Positions 38,824-51,644 of a stretch of DNA of 64,000 nucleotides are shown here, piece after piece. Both the position numbers and the translations under genes were made by a program. The stretch covers positions 1,826,525 to 1,890,524 of the forward strand of contig CM074816.1 of NCBI GenBank assembly GCA_037447605.1, in the 5' to 3' direction. The stretch's first letter is position 1. Every line of letters starts with the position of its first letter. Source of the stretch: Zygnema circumcarinatum SAG 698-1b. Taxonomy: Eukaryota > Plantae > Zygnematophyceae. The notes under the pieces were generated by a model. It was not told where the DNA came from. It did not search any database and worked only from the letters and a program-made list of their open reading frames with translations.

Positions 38824-41155
38824 ATGGCGCTTTCAACAGCCAGCAGCGTCTCTCTTAATTCTACGGAGCAGATTCAAGGGATGAAAATTCTTGCAGAGTC
38901 TGGTCGATACAAAGTGAGCTTCAGACAGACTCTAAAGAGCAGGCGGTTTTTATTTTTTTTAAGCAAGTAGAGCAAAATGCACTTTTTACTTCTAGAATTG
39001 TTTTACTAACTAATTTGTGTACTTACAGCTGGCCCTTTGCATCGCCATGGAATGTATTATTAACAGGGAGGGTGGGCTCAAGATGAAGTGCCCCAACATG
39101 AGATATTCTGACAGATCCCACAATTTCAAGCATTTCGAAAGTCCTTTGTTCTTCTTTGCGTGTGTAATGACTGCTTCGTGGGGTGTGGTGAACAAACAGG
39201 CTTGGCTTCTGGATCAGTTTGGAGTGTTGCATGATGGGAAGAAAGCGTATCCTGGAGCTGTGGAGGCGTGTGAGACTCCTCACTCCCTCCCTCTTCCTTT
39301 GCTTTTCCTCCCCTCCTCCCTTCGTCAACAATATAGTAATAGGACAGAAGCTGCCGAAGCTTAGTCTTGACAACTTGCCTCCGAGGAGCTGACGTCCAAG
39401 GATCTCTTCATCCTTAAAAAGTGCAAACTCTTGAAGCGTCAAATCAATCAGCTGAAAGGGCAGGTAAACTCTAGCAGGGCAACTCACCTCTCTGCAAATT
39501 TAAGGAAAGCTATTGCTGCTATTCTGCTTAATGCTGTTGATTTGACAGCTGAGGGTCTGCAGTGCAGAAGCTGGCGGAGACAGGGGCCAAACTTGTTCTT
39601 ATCAGCAACTCTTCCAGAAGAGCGCAAGTGACGAGTGAGAAGCTTCCAAGTTTAGGGTTTGATCCTGCTTTGTTCGCTGGAATCGTGACAAGTGGCGAGC
39701 TCACGCATGAATACCTTCTAAGGTGAATGATTTCCCAGACTATGAAACTTGGACTTTCCCCAAGGTTCATTCAGGGGTTCTTGCAGACTCTGCTGTATTT
39801 GATACTTGTTTTTCTTTTCTCACTTTGTCACTTTGTGTTTCAAGAATGACAAGGCTAGGACACTGCCTAATCCGCAAGTGAGCAGCTGCTATATCGTAAG
39901 CAAGTTGTGTCGCTGACATAGTGTAGGAAATAAGGGGCGAAGGCGTATGGGAAGGTTCTGTTCTAATGGCATGTGCTTCCTGCTTGAGCAGGAGGGAACA
40001 CCCATGGTTCGCTGCTCTTGGTCGAAAATGTCTCCATTTCACGTGGAGCGCCAGAGGCGCTGTGTCTCTTGAGGTTTGTTTGACCAAACAATCCTTTTTG
40101 ACAATGTTGAATGTTTTATATCCTTCTCTTGAAGGTTGATGGTTGGGCCACTTCACTCAACCACAAGGATACCTTTATCTGGCACTGTTCTATGCTGCAT
40201 ACGAATGCAACGAGTCTTTCAAGTACAGAGGATTCTGTGAAGGTATCTGCATCTCCCAATAGGTGGGACCGGCCTCATCGGACGTTTTATGGGGATTCTT
40301 TGCTTTCTGAGAAGGGCTTAGACTTGGAGGTGGTGGAATCTCCTGAAGATGCGGATTTTATTCTAGCACACGGAACAGAAGCTGTGGGTTTGGCTACTGG
40401 AGGGGCTCGAGCGGCTCCATTGGCTGAGCTGGAAGCCTTATTAGAAGCAGCTGCACTATTGCCAAAGCCTATTCCTATGATTGTTGCAAATCCGGATATG
40501 GTGACAGTGGAAGCTCGAGCATTACGCGTCATGCCAGGTAATGATGCCATTTTGAAATTCAAGGTTCCTTCAGTAAGACTTCCTCCACTCCATTCAGTAT
40601 GATGTTGATGCTGAAGATGAAGGATGCCTGCTTCATGATGTTGCAATTGACTGCTGGTTGCATGCAGGTAGTCTTGGACTTAAGTATGAGCAGCTGGGTG
40701 GGGAGGTCCAATGGATGGGTAAACCGGGTCAGGTAAGCTTCAGCTGGAGATCTGATCCTTTGTTGTTTAGAGTCTCCTGGTTCAAAATAAGAGCTGGAAT
40801 GACGCTAGGGATGGGGATGACGGTATAGACAACGCCACTTTTTACGAAGCAGAAATTTCTGTTTCTCTCGTTTTGGACTTCTGGGCCTATGGGTTGACAG
40901 ATCATCTACCAAGCAGCTCTGGCGATGTCAGGCGTCCCTCCTGAAGAGAGCATTGCTGTGGGAGACTCCCTCCACCATGACGTGCAGGGTGCCTCTAAGG
41001 AGGGCATTGAGAGTGTGTTTGTAGCAGGGGGGATCCATGCTGAGGAGCTGAACATCACTCAGCATGGGCAGGTACCGGACCCTGACTCCCTTCAATCTCT
41101 GTTCCAAAAGCAAGGCATAGAACCTACTTATGTCGTCCCTTCTTTTACGTGGTGA
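38824..41155 (+). CDS. HAD-superfamily hydrolase subfamily IIA (At5g10460-like)
   Basis: AWLLDQFGVLHDGKKAYPGA, ISNSSRRA, TSGELTH, ADFILAHGTE, MIVANPD, WMGKP and AVGDSLHHDVQGA..VAGGIH. Confidence 0.93.
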
Positions 41156-42176
41156 AGCGCAAGTTCGGCGCTCAGATAAATTCAGACGTCCTTCCGTAAG
41201 CGAGAGTTCCCACCATGCTTCATGGGCATTCATGTGGGGAGAAGCCATTGTTGATTGCGCTGGACATCATCATCATCATCATCGTCATCATCATCACAGT
41301 GTCTGCTTCATCCTGTATAGCATAGCAGCGCCATCTATGATGTCACCCTATGGTACGATATATCAAGTTTTGTTTGCATTCAAGTGTTGGGGTAAGCTCG
41401 TGAGAGGGCGTTGTAATGGAAGCCACGTCTAGAGATGTGGAACGTTTTTTTGGTCAAAGGAGGGCCATCACAGAAAGCGTACTGGCCGAGTATGGTTGAG
41501 ACATAAGGTAGTCGAGGGTTCATGGTTTCGAGACGGTACACGTGTCAGCCTTGACGACTACATTTTTCCTCCCTCTCCCACTTCCCACTCCCTTTTTTCG
41601 AATGAAGGGGACGCGTGGCAAGCTGCAATTGGCTCATATCCATCTACGTGTTAATGACTCTAATTTCTCTATCATGGAGCCATGGCTTGAATAATTGGAG
41701 CGACAGCTAATGGTGCCCTTTGGGGTAAAACGCCCCTTTCTTGGAAAATTCGGAAAATGCTTCATTGCCAAATTGTATCACAGATTTTTCGATGGAATTT
41801 GTGGTCTTGTCATTCAGATGCATGTCGAGGTTGTCTGTCAATGCATGTACTGATTCTAAATACCACACCACCACCATACTGAGCACCAGGTAAGACTCTG
41901 AAGGGAGAAATTTGCAGATGTGAAATTTTACTGCATTGGCTACAGTACATTAAATGAACATCGCAGAGAGTTTAAAAATAAGTAGAGAAAAAAGCAAAAC
42001 GACGCATTGATTGAAAGCACGAGCTTCTGGCTACCTGCTCTGTGAATCTCTTCAGGAAAGCAAGAGTGCGAAAGTCGGGAGGGAGAACAACAAAAAAAAA
42101 GGGAGTAAAGAGGTGGGGAGAGGGAGCGAGAGTAGGGGGAGGGAGAGGAGAGAGCGAGAGAACGCCATTCGTCCTC

Positions 42177-44010
42177 CTACTCATCCTCCGTCCCTCCAAC
42201 ATCATCTGCAAAGGAGAGCAGTGAACTTGGTTTCTTTCGCTTGTCTGCTTCCTTGGCCTTCTTCTGCATGCGTCCCTTCGTAGGAGTGGTTAGAAGTACA
42301 TCTTCAGCTAAACTTCCGTGTGGGAAGGCTGGAAGATGGAGTAGGTCAACACGAGGGGAATGGGAGAGGCGAGCCTCGGGGAGGCGAGTGGACGAGGGAG
42401 TAAGCCGCGGGAAGGGGAGTGAGAGTGGGAGAGGGACGGGAAGGGGAGTGAGTGAGAGAAAGTGGTAGAGGAAGGAAGCGTACCGAGTCACCTACTATGG
42501 CGGTCTCCTCCTCCTGACTGCCTCCCGACTTGCGCTTTCGAAAGACATGCTTCCCCGTGCTTTCTTCCTCGCCCTCCAGCCTTCTTATCTTCTGCTCCAC
42601 CTGCAGGGGAGAGAGGGAGGAGAGCAAGGCTAGAGGGGGAGAGTGAATGAGAGAGAGAGGAGGGGGAGGGGGGGGGAGGGTGGAGTAGTGGGGAGTAGCA
42701 GAAGGGGACGGAAAGCATGAAATCACGACCAATAAAGAGTGGGGTATGCATGCCATGGGACGGAGGTGGTGATTTAGGAGGAAAGAGAGAAATGGGAGGG
42801 TGGAGAGAGAGAGAGGGAGAGAGTGTGTGAGAGAGAGAATATAGCGCCACCTGTTGCAGTCCTTGAAGGAGTACGGGGTTTCCTCTCTCCAGCTCTAAAC
42901 CCTTTCTGTATATGGCCTGTGCCTGTATCGCAAAAAAAATTCCCATTCTCATAAATTGGGTGGCTCTCAGGTCACAGGCCCTAAACCCTAACCCTAAAAC
43001 CCTCTATTCGCATATGAGCAATGTTAACTTTTCATTGAAAACCATTAACCAACAGGAGACTGAAGATGTCGAAAAAGTTTATGCAAGTAGAAAAACAGAA
43101 CGCATGGATCATCCTGATATTAGGATTAGATTAATGTTCTTGCAATACATTTAAGATATGGAGTGAGATGCTCCACTCACCTCTTCCAGCTTATTGAGAC
43201 CCACGAGAGCTGCTCCAAGGCGGGAATAAGCTTTCGCCCATTTTGGACTCAGCCCCACAACCTAGTCAACCCATGAAAGAAAAAAAAAAGAAAAAGGAAA
43301 AAAAAGTGGAGCTCTCAATTCCTTGGCTTCTTACAAAAAAGCCATCCGGAGTGCTTTCAAAAAAGACCCAGAAATTGTCGTTAAAACCTCCTTAACGAAG
43401 CATTCCCATCCCACCTTTTTGGCATCATCTGCCGCAGCTCCATAGTCCCGCACGGCGGCATACGCAGCGGAACGGTTACTGAATAGAACAGCGTCCCTGC
43501 TCCAATTTCCGTCCAATGTACGCAACGTGTCAGCAAACCAACCGATCTCAATACTTCAAAGGTTTTCCTGAACTGCCCGAATAAAAGAGATAGAAAGAGA
43601 CAGACAGAGAGAGAGAGCCTCCCTCTCTCCTTCCCCTCCTTCCCCTCCTCCTCCCTCCCTCCCTCCCTCTCTCCCGTCTCTCCCCTCCCTCTCCTCCCTC
43701 CCTCCCATCCCCTCCCTCCCTCCCTCCTCTCCCTCCCCTCCCCNNNNNNNNNNCCCCCCCCCCCCCCCACCCAAAACCTATCCATAAACACTCAAATAAA
43801 CCCCCCCCCAAAAAAAACCCCAACATACTTCGGAAAGACACGCTGATCGTTGAGCAATTCCCCATTTTCTCTTGAACCCTAATTCTGACATCTTTTCCCA
43901 TTCGAATTCAACCACAAACTCGAACCCACATCATGAAATGCATCATTCCTTTTTCCTTTTTCCTTTTTCCTTTTAGTATTTGAGTTTGTGGCTCCACCGA
44001 ACTGCTCTCT
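42177..44010 (-). CDS. HOP/STI1-type TPR domain fused to a DUF4604/KIAA1143-like basic C-terminus; 5' end disrupted by a gap and an apparent frameshift
   Basis: (KEKG)NDAF, DAVLFSNRSAAYAAVRDYGAAADDAKK|VVGLSPKWAKAYSRLGAALVGL|AQAIYRKGLELERGN, then GKHVFRKRK...KKPSSLLSFADD..EDE*. Confidence 0.75.
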
Positions 44011-44127
44011 CCGCCTCGCTCTCGCTCAGTGCGAGTCCTCCCTCGACCACTGTCGCTCCCTCCAACTCCTTCACTCCCTCCCTCCCTCCCTCCCACTCAG
44101 TACAAGGTTTGAAATCACACTCCTCTA

Positions 44128-44480
44128 AGGCTAGGGTTCAGGGATTTCAAAGGCTTTGGGTTCTTGGGAGACTTCAGAGGTTTAGGTTTTAAGGGTTAGG
44201 GTTTAAGTGTTTCAAGGTTTTAGGGATTAGGGTTTGAATGTCTAGGGTTTAAGAATTAGGCTTTAAGGGTTTGATTGGCTTAGGGTTTAAGCATTAGGGT
44301 TTCGGGTTTAAATCGTTCAGAGTTTAAAAATCAGGGTTTAGGGTTTAAAGGGTTTCGGGTTTAAGAATTAGAGTTTAGGGTTTCAAGGGCTTCAAAGGTT
44401 TAGGGGTCAGTTAAAGTTTTGAGGGTTTTAGAGTTTTTAGGATCTTCAGGGTGAAGGTTTTGTAGGATTTAGGGTATTCA
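44128..44480 (+). repeat. Degenerate interstitial telomere-like (TTTAGGG-type) array / telo-box cluster
   Basis: Many TTAGGGTTT/TAGGGTTT variants immediately upstream of the TPR gene. Confidence 0.8.
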
Positions 44481-45359
44481 AGTTTTTGTGTCGTTTTAAA
44501 ATTTTCATGGGCTTGTAATGAGATGGCTTGAAAAAAATCTGTTAAGTTTTTTTTTTTATGTTGACATTTCGAATTTTCAAGTTCCATACCTCAATGAAAC
44601 TTGATTGGTCAGGAAAACTTTCTCGGGCAGAATCGGACGGTGCGGCTTCACCCGGAGCTGCCCGAAAAGAAAAAAATTTGGGGGGGAAAGGAGGGAGGGG
44701 AGTCAATCGTCAAAGAAATACAAATTTTAGAAATTTAATCGGCCTTCACAATGCGGGCGAGACACCAAAAATGAGAAATTAAGAATGAGATTTGAAAAAA
44801 AAAATCTAAGAAACTAATGCGCTAAATTTTTAATCTTGAAATCTTAAAATCTTCAAATCTTCAAATGCCCCTCCCCCCCATAAAATTCTTTATGAGCACC
44901 TGCGCACACCTCGGGGCCGTCCTCGGAGTGATGATGGCTCGAGTCGAGCAGGTGCGCAAATTTCTGCGCCTCGATAAAGTAACATTCGATAAAGTGGACT
45001 TTTGGTAAAGTGACACGTTACAAATGGCGATACAGTTGAACTTTAAGAAAAAAAAACACGACAACCGGGGAAACGAAATGGTTTGGCTGGAAAAGAAAAA
45101 GACCCTACAAAATCCTAAATACCCTAAAACTGGAATCAGAAAATTCTCAAATTCTCTTACGAAACATAAAGGACCAGGACGAACGCTGAAACCCTAAAAA
45201 GTTGAAATCTGAACAAGTTTTAAATTTGCCAACAATTAGCTGCTGCTTCTTGTAAGTCAAAAATGCCTATAGTAAAACTCTCTTGGGCTAAAAAATGAAT
45301 ATTTTTAGCCTGCCCGCCCGCCCTAAAGGAGCGCCCTCAAGGACCTGCAGGAACTTCGG

Positions 45360-46145
45360 CACGTGCCGCACGTGCTGAGGCGCACTCTGATTGGCTCTCC
45401 CGCCGCCCGCCGTGCCGCCACCCCGCAAACTCATGGCCGGTTTTTTCTTCAAAAAAAAAGCGATTAAAAAAACTCTTTTCTCTTTCTATTTCTGCTGATT
45501 TGATAAATTCTTTCCTTTTTATAAAGTATAAACCGTTAAAACTTATAATGCTTAATGTTTTCTTTTAAGAAAAAAAAGGGAAATTATGCAAATTCTAGGT
45601 CTATGTTTCTACGCCCGGTGAGCAGACTTGGGAGTACAGTAGTTCTATGTTGAGGAGTGCGTCTCCGTTAGACGGTGGATCTTCACATGTTACATGCCCG
45701 CCGTTCCGTTCGACGACTTCGACAAATTTTCCACATAGAATTTTCCACATTTTCCAGCTTGGATCTAGATCAATGTGGAGCGTTCACACTACAAAGGCAA
45801 TTTGAAAACTCTCAGCGACGAGTCGTTACAACACCGACGCAGTGAGAACTCTAAATAGACGATCTGTCAATGGGAACCTGCCACGTGCAATTTACGTACG
45901 GCTCAGGTCATGGAAGAAGGTCTAAAGTCGAAATATTTGTTGCACACGTGCGACGGCGCGAAAGTTATTTCCCTTAAAACATTTTGTCGTTTTTCGCTCC
46001 TGCGGCTCCTGCCTCACGATGGGCCACGTCGTGGTCCTCAGCGACGGCTACGTGGCGGCTCCCAGAGGGAGGTCACATGCTGTTATGAAAAACGGTTCGC
46101 AGTTGAACTGGCACGGACTGCTTGGCAGGGATCTCGCGACGTGGC
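45360..46145. promoter_or_regulatory. Cluster of G-box/ABRE-like elements upstream of the LHC-like gene
   Basis: CACGTG at 45360, 45369, 45882 and 45945; GCCACGT at 46023; ACGTGGC at 46050 and 46139. Confidence 0.5.
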
Positions 46146-46674
46146 GCCCTTCTGGACCCGTCCATTTTTCGCCTCAAAATATGTTTTTTTTGGGACATGA
46201 AAAGATTTTATCTGCCCGAAATATGAAATTGTTTTGTTGCCCGGCCGTTCGTTTCCTTTCTGCAGTGGACAAAGGTACATGGTTGTAATTTGTTTTTTGC
46301 TTCGTATATGCCGTTTCTTCGTAGCCCGTTTTGTTCCGGAAGTGAAAGGGCTACCTTTGAAGTAATTTACTTCCCTTCTTCCCCCCTTCTTCCGCCTCTT
46401 GTACTTAAAAGCTGCCCTGCAATTCTACCTTCAGCTTTGTAGTTGATTACCTTCTGTTGCCTACTCTTGCTCACTCTCTTGCTTTCGCTCGCTATCTCTC
46501 GCGCTCTCTCGCTCTCTCGCCCGCTCTCGCCCGCTCTCGCCCTCTCTCTGAAGTTCTACGCTCAATCTAAGGAGGCCGAGTTTGAAGTTCCTTCTTGAAC
46601 ATCCTAAGAAAATCATATACAGTTTATACTCTCTGCAAAACTTTATTTGTTTTTATACTTCCAGAGAGGCAGCC

Positions 46675-48821
46675 ATGGCGCAGTGCTGTGCAGCCATAGC
46701 CATGAATGCCACGCCTTCTGCAGCGGCATCCATGGCTTCCTTCGCCTCTTCTGCTGAGAGAAGAACTGTTTCAGGTAAGCGCTTCCGCCTCCTTAACTGA
46801 CTCATATGTAGGCTTTCCTGGCCCATATGTTCTTCAGGATTGGCACCAGAGTGTTTCCTTCAATCAGAAACCATTACATCTATACGTGTTGGCTTGTGCC
46901 ATTGTCTTTCGCTGCGTTTGGTTTACACTGCAATCGATGAAATCTGCGGGGGAGAGAGGTCACTCTCTTCTTTCGAATAGACTATGGAATGCTTTTGCAG
47001 AGCATTCTTTTTTTCAGTGTTTGCGGCTTGCATATTCCGAATCGTTCAAGATTCAGATGTACGATTAGCTCATTTGACTCATTGTATCCATCTGGTTTTC
47101 TCTGACGGTTTGAACGAGTTCGCGGAATTGCGTTCATCCTTTCTGGGCCTTTTTTGCATTGGGTTTTGTCGATTGGCCTTCCTCTGCATGGAAAGTAAAC
47201 GAAATACTGTTTTTGACATATATGTATATATTTTCTTATATCTTGTTATGTCTTGCAGCTGCTTCCTTCGCCGCAACTCCATTTTCCGGTGTCCAACTTG
47301 TGGCGACTCCCTCCAGAAACATTGCCTCACAACGTAAGAACAGAATTTTCAATTAGTTGCATTGCAGATAATCGACCTAAAACTTGCTCGCTTCTTCGAA
47401 CATGTGAAGGATGAAGCTCGCGCATCTGTGAACTTATCCTCGAAAAAAGTTTGTGGTATTATGTTGCAGGACGGTTGGAAAGCTTGGTAGTTCGCGCAGA
47501 GGGAGAGTCGGATGGGAGGACATCGCAGGTTACCGGCTTTGGATTGGGAGGTCCTGGAACGTGGTTTGGGTTCGGAAACCGCCAAGAGCGCAACGTGGGA
47601 AGACTTGCCATGATCGGATTCGCGGTAAGCTCAGTCTAAGGGAGAGGTGAAGGAATGATTCACCGTGCATCCTTTCAATATGTGCGTTTTGCACCAAAAC
47701 AACCAAACAGCTACCGCGCCGTCAAAAACTTTAAGTTTGGACCTCGAACGTTCCTGTATGTTAACAATTGTAGGAATTTCTATTTGCATGTTAGGGTTTC
47801 CTCTCCTCTTTTCCTACCGTCCTCTCTCCCTTCTCTCTCTGAGCCGCGATTGGAAACTTAGTTGATTGCAAAAGGCGATTTAGCATTCGACCTAATCCGC
47901 GAAAATTTCCGTTTCATGTGAAAAACGATAAACTAATCTGTTCTCGAAAACCATATTGGGCTTTTGTGGTGAAATTGCAGTCCGCCCTTGTCATGGAGGT
48001 CCTCACCGGAAAGGGAGTTCTGGGGCAGCTCGGCATTCAGCCCGACCTTGTGAAGGCTCCCTTCCTTGCAGGAATACTGTTCCTCTTCGTAGGAGGCCTT
48101 CTTGGAGGCTATGTCGTCATCAATAATCCTCCTGATATTAGCAAGGCTCCTCCCAACGCTGGAGATGGCATTCCTCGGAACCCTCTGAAAACTTTTGATG
48201 CCCAAAATGCGGACCCTTTGACCACGTACACGCGGGGAGGAGTGGTTACTCGGCCGGGCGGGCAGGTGAGCAAGAAATTCTCAACCTGTTGGTTTTAGGT
48301 TTCAGGAGGGAGGGAAAACCCCTGACGTGGGGATTCTGTCTGAAAGCGAAATTGGAACAGATCCTTCTCTCCCTCGTACTCTCTTACGAGAGTACTCCCC
48401 TATTCACCTCCCCTCCGTCTCTCCCTTTCTATCTCCCTCTCCTCTCTCTGCCTCCGTTTAATTTTCTCTCTCTCTTTCTTTCTCCCCCTCACACACTATC
48501 TCGCTCTCTCCCTTCGCTCTCTTACTCTCTTTATCTTTCTTTTTCCTTTCTCTCCCCTCCCCCCACTCTCTCGCTCTCTTACCTCTCCCCTCCCCCTCCA
48601 CTCCCTCACCTCTCTCACTCAGTTTGCGAAAGGGCATTTCCAGAGTATATCATTTCATCAGGCTATGGTGCCGACTTAGGTAGATGCTGCGAAAGCTGTT
48701 TGGAAGTGATTGTTCAGATGGGTGTGACGTTTTTACATACTTCCTCACCTCTGCCCGCCTTGGACTCGTGCAGAAGGGGAGGGAGCCCTACGTGTCCGAC
48801 CTGGAGCAGCCGAAGAAGTGA
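46675..48821 (+). CDS. Two-helix light-harvesting-like (SEP/LIL-type) chloroplast protein with a PsbS-like helix
   Basis: Five exons. Transit peptide ending in LVVRA, then FGFGNRQERNVGRLAMIGFA|SALVMEVLTGKGVLGQLGI, a second TM (PFLAGILFLFVGGLLGGYVVI) and a hydrophilic tail. Stop at 48819-48821. Confidence 0.85.
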
Positions 48822-49400
48822 AGAGTGTGACAATTGAAGAAGTGAAGAGTGTGACAACCTCTGGAGGCGGACTGCTGCCGAAAAGTGAAAAGTGCCACGT
48901 TTCAACTGCTTGCTTTGGATTGCTGTTTTTTAATGTTAATACGATTGAAATTGCGTGAAGTTTGTGAGTAATATTTTTTGGTAGGCTTTGTATTCAGGGT
49001 TTGTATTCAACCTTTGTGCAATAAATGAGAAAAAGCTTTTTATTACGAATACTGGCATTTCTTTGAAGTGCGGCCCCTCCTTGTACACCTCACTCTTCCC
49101 CGACTTGACATTTAAAACCTAATCGCTTGTTCAATCGAAAAAAGCATTATGCAGAAAATTATATGACGCTATATATTGACGAATGTGAAGAAAACTCCAA
49201 CAAGAGGAAAGTGCGAAAGAAAATGCAGGTGACCTTGAAATTTCAAACCATACACTGTCATAAAGTCCAGCCGATACTTTTCCTCATTATGTGTGCTTTC
49301 ATCAGTGGCAGAGGGGGAGGGTGGAACGATAGCGAGTATGATTGCTACTTAGTACCCCCAGAAGTCACAGAGACCTCTGAACAGTTTTGTTTTTCTCGCC

Positions 49401-51644
49401 CTATGAAACAATCCTCAACTGCTTAGCGAAGTACCTCCTCGAGGGTCTAGTCCTCACTCTCCTGTCGCTTATGCTAGTGGCGACGGATGATGTTTGGCGG
49501 GGTTTCGCCGGCGCCCTGCGTGTGAGCCAATGGGATCCGCGACTCTGCGAGTACTCCGATCTGCCAAAAAAAAAAAAACTTCGTAAGAGCTTAAAGTTTA
49601 CGTACAGAGAGACAGAAGGACATATAGACTGACGGAGAGCGACAGAGTTGCATAGAGCGAGAGAGAGGGAGCGAAGCAGACAAGCAAACATAGTGGAAAG
49701 CATGCAAGCTCCTTTTATCAGGGCTTACATCTGCACTTGCTTCCGTCCTCTCGCGAGTCTCCTCTGCAGGGGCATAGCCCTCTGCAGGGGAATGCTTGGA
49801 AGTCCCTTCTCCCTGCACATATGTTTACGTAAGGAGTCAGTTTACAATCTCATGTAGCGGTTTTTATGACTGAACTTTCAGGATGGGATATCAACCATCC
49901 AATAAGACATGCAGGCAAAAAATTAAGCTTCAGTCACCACTTCTTGCACGGCGAGAGATTAGCGTTGGTATGCAAGCCGACTATAGCAGCAAAGTAATCA
50001 CAATTATGTGAAAGGCTTCAAATCCACATTCACAATCAATTTGAATTTGACCTTGAGTAATTCCATTTCAGTACGTTCACAAGAGTCTCTACACATCCAT
50101 AAGCACATCAAGAGAAACCACTTATAGCAGCCATCACAGCTGTGATCCAAGGGGAGGGTTCGAACCTGTCTCGCAGGGTGCTTCAGCATTAGTACTAGGT
50201 CGGGGCCTTCTTTCCTGATAGCCTCCATCAGCTTCATTCGAACATTCGTGGGAAGCATATGAAGTGTTTCCTTTTCTTCCTCGGAGATCTGTTTGTGTAC
50301 ATCTGGCATAACCTTGGCACCGAAACGCCTTTCAATCATGTTGGAGGCTGGGAGCACACATCGATCATAGATGTATTTGGCACCTCGAGTTTGCGGTGAC
50401 ACTAACCAAGCAATAGCAATGAAGCGAACGATGCCATAAAAGCGAAGCCTGCACACCAAGGTCGGGCATAAGGAAGGTGAGAGATTTCGAAAAAAACAAT
50501 TCTCTGCCTAACAGAACCGATGAAAGGATTAGTTCCGCCCGCCATAATTATGAGCCTTCTCTGTTACATCTAAGCGTAACGAAGGCAACTAGGAAACACC
50601 TCGTCTGGATAACTGCTTCTCTGGCTGCGTGAAAAGAGATAAACGTAGAAAAACAAAGGGTGATTACGAATAATTTGAATCGAATGCTAACAATCTGTAA
50701 CGATTAAGAAAATCAGCTTCCAGGCAGTCAAAAGGAGAGGGCAGAGAGGCAACGCTGCAAGTAGGCAATCCGTCTACGTCTGCTTCCCAGCTCACCAGAC
50801 AATACTTCGTATCACATATGTTTCCGCCAACACAAGAAGCGAATACAGCACCCAATATGTAAGCCACTGCTTGCTTTCATCGCCAGCCACCATTTCCGCT
50901 GCTCTGATCGACTCCACCCTGCGCGGCAAAAAAAGCTTGTCCTAGGACCCTGATGAGCTAAACTGATATCCTGTATCAGTTATGTAAAGTCCCAATCTGT
51001 GCTATCATAATGAAAATATTGTTGTCTAACATTGGCAACAAGGAAGATCCATTCCTTCATCCATTTGTGACAGAGACATAGACAGATACGACGTAGCTCT
51101 TTTTGAAGCAAGAAATGGTTCGACGATTGTGAAGCAGATGGAATGGAAGGGAAATTTACGCGGGATATATCATTGCGATGATGGGCCTGCACACAAAACC
51201 CAAAGTAAACATGATGCTCACTGGAATGAGAAATAACGTTTCAAGAACGCTTTGAAGTCAAACAATAATTTATCGTTCAGATAAGACAGATGAGGAAAAA
51301 AAAAGAGCTGGCGACTACCGTACATGTCCATGTTTAATACTCGGATGCAGGAAGTTCTGATTGGATACAGTTATACAAATACTAGTGTTTGCAGTGACGA
51401 CGATCTTGTCTATTAAATAAAGCTAAGCCGACTGGAGCGGAGCAACATCAAGCGCTTCAGGACTGCTAGCTTCTGACTGGATACTTGCAGACTGCAGTTG
51501 ATTATGATGAAGCAACCTCGACTGACTACAGTACGCAAAAAACAACAAGAAAGGAGAGATAAACCCACACCTCGAGACCTCCATGCAGAACATGAATATG
51601 TACCATGCTGGCGGATGGCCTCCTACGAGGCCACTGATCTTCAT
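49401..51644 (-). CDS. HVA22: HVA22/TB2-DP1 (REEP-like) protein
   Basis: PIIAMIYP, ESKQWLTYWVLYSLLVLAE and W|LRFYGIVRFIAIAWLVSPQTRGAKYIYDRCVLP. Terminal exons are approximate; a TATA-like CTTATAAA lies at ~52335 on the minus strand. Confidence 0.8.

Noticed and set aside
44128-44480. True chromosome end
   Set aside because: The array is degenerate and flanked by genes on both sides.
45600-45900. Possible structured ncRNA (tRNA/snoRNA/snRNA)
   Set aside because: No cloverleaf, C/D or H/ACA boxes, or Sm site could be supported; no RNA gene was recognised anywhere in the window.
48812-48858. 24-bp tandem duplication spanning the LHC-like stop codon
   Set aside because: It does not change the protein; a minor slippage event.
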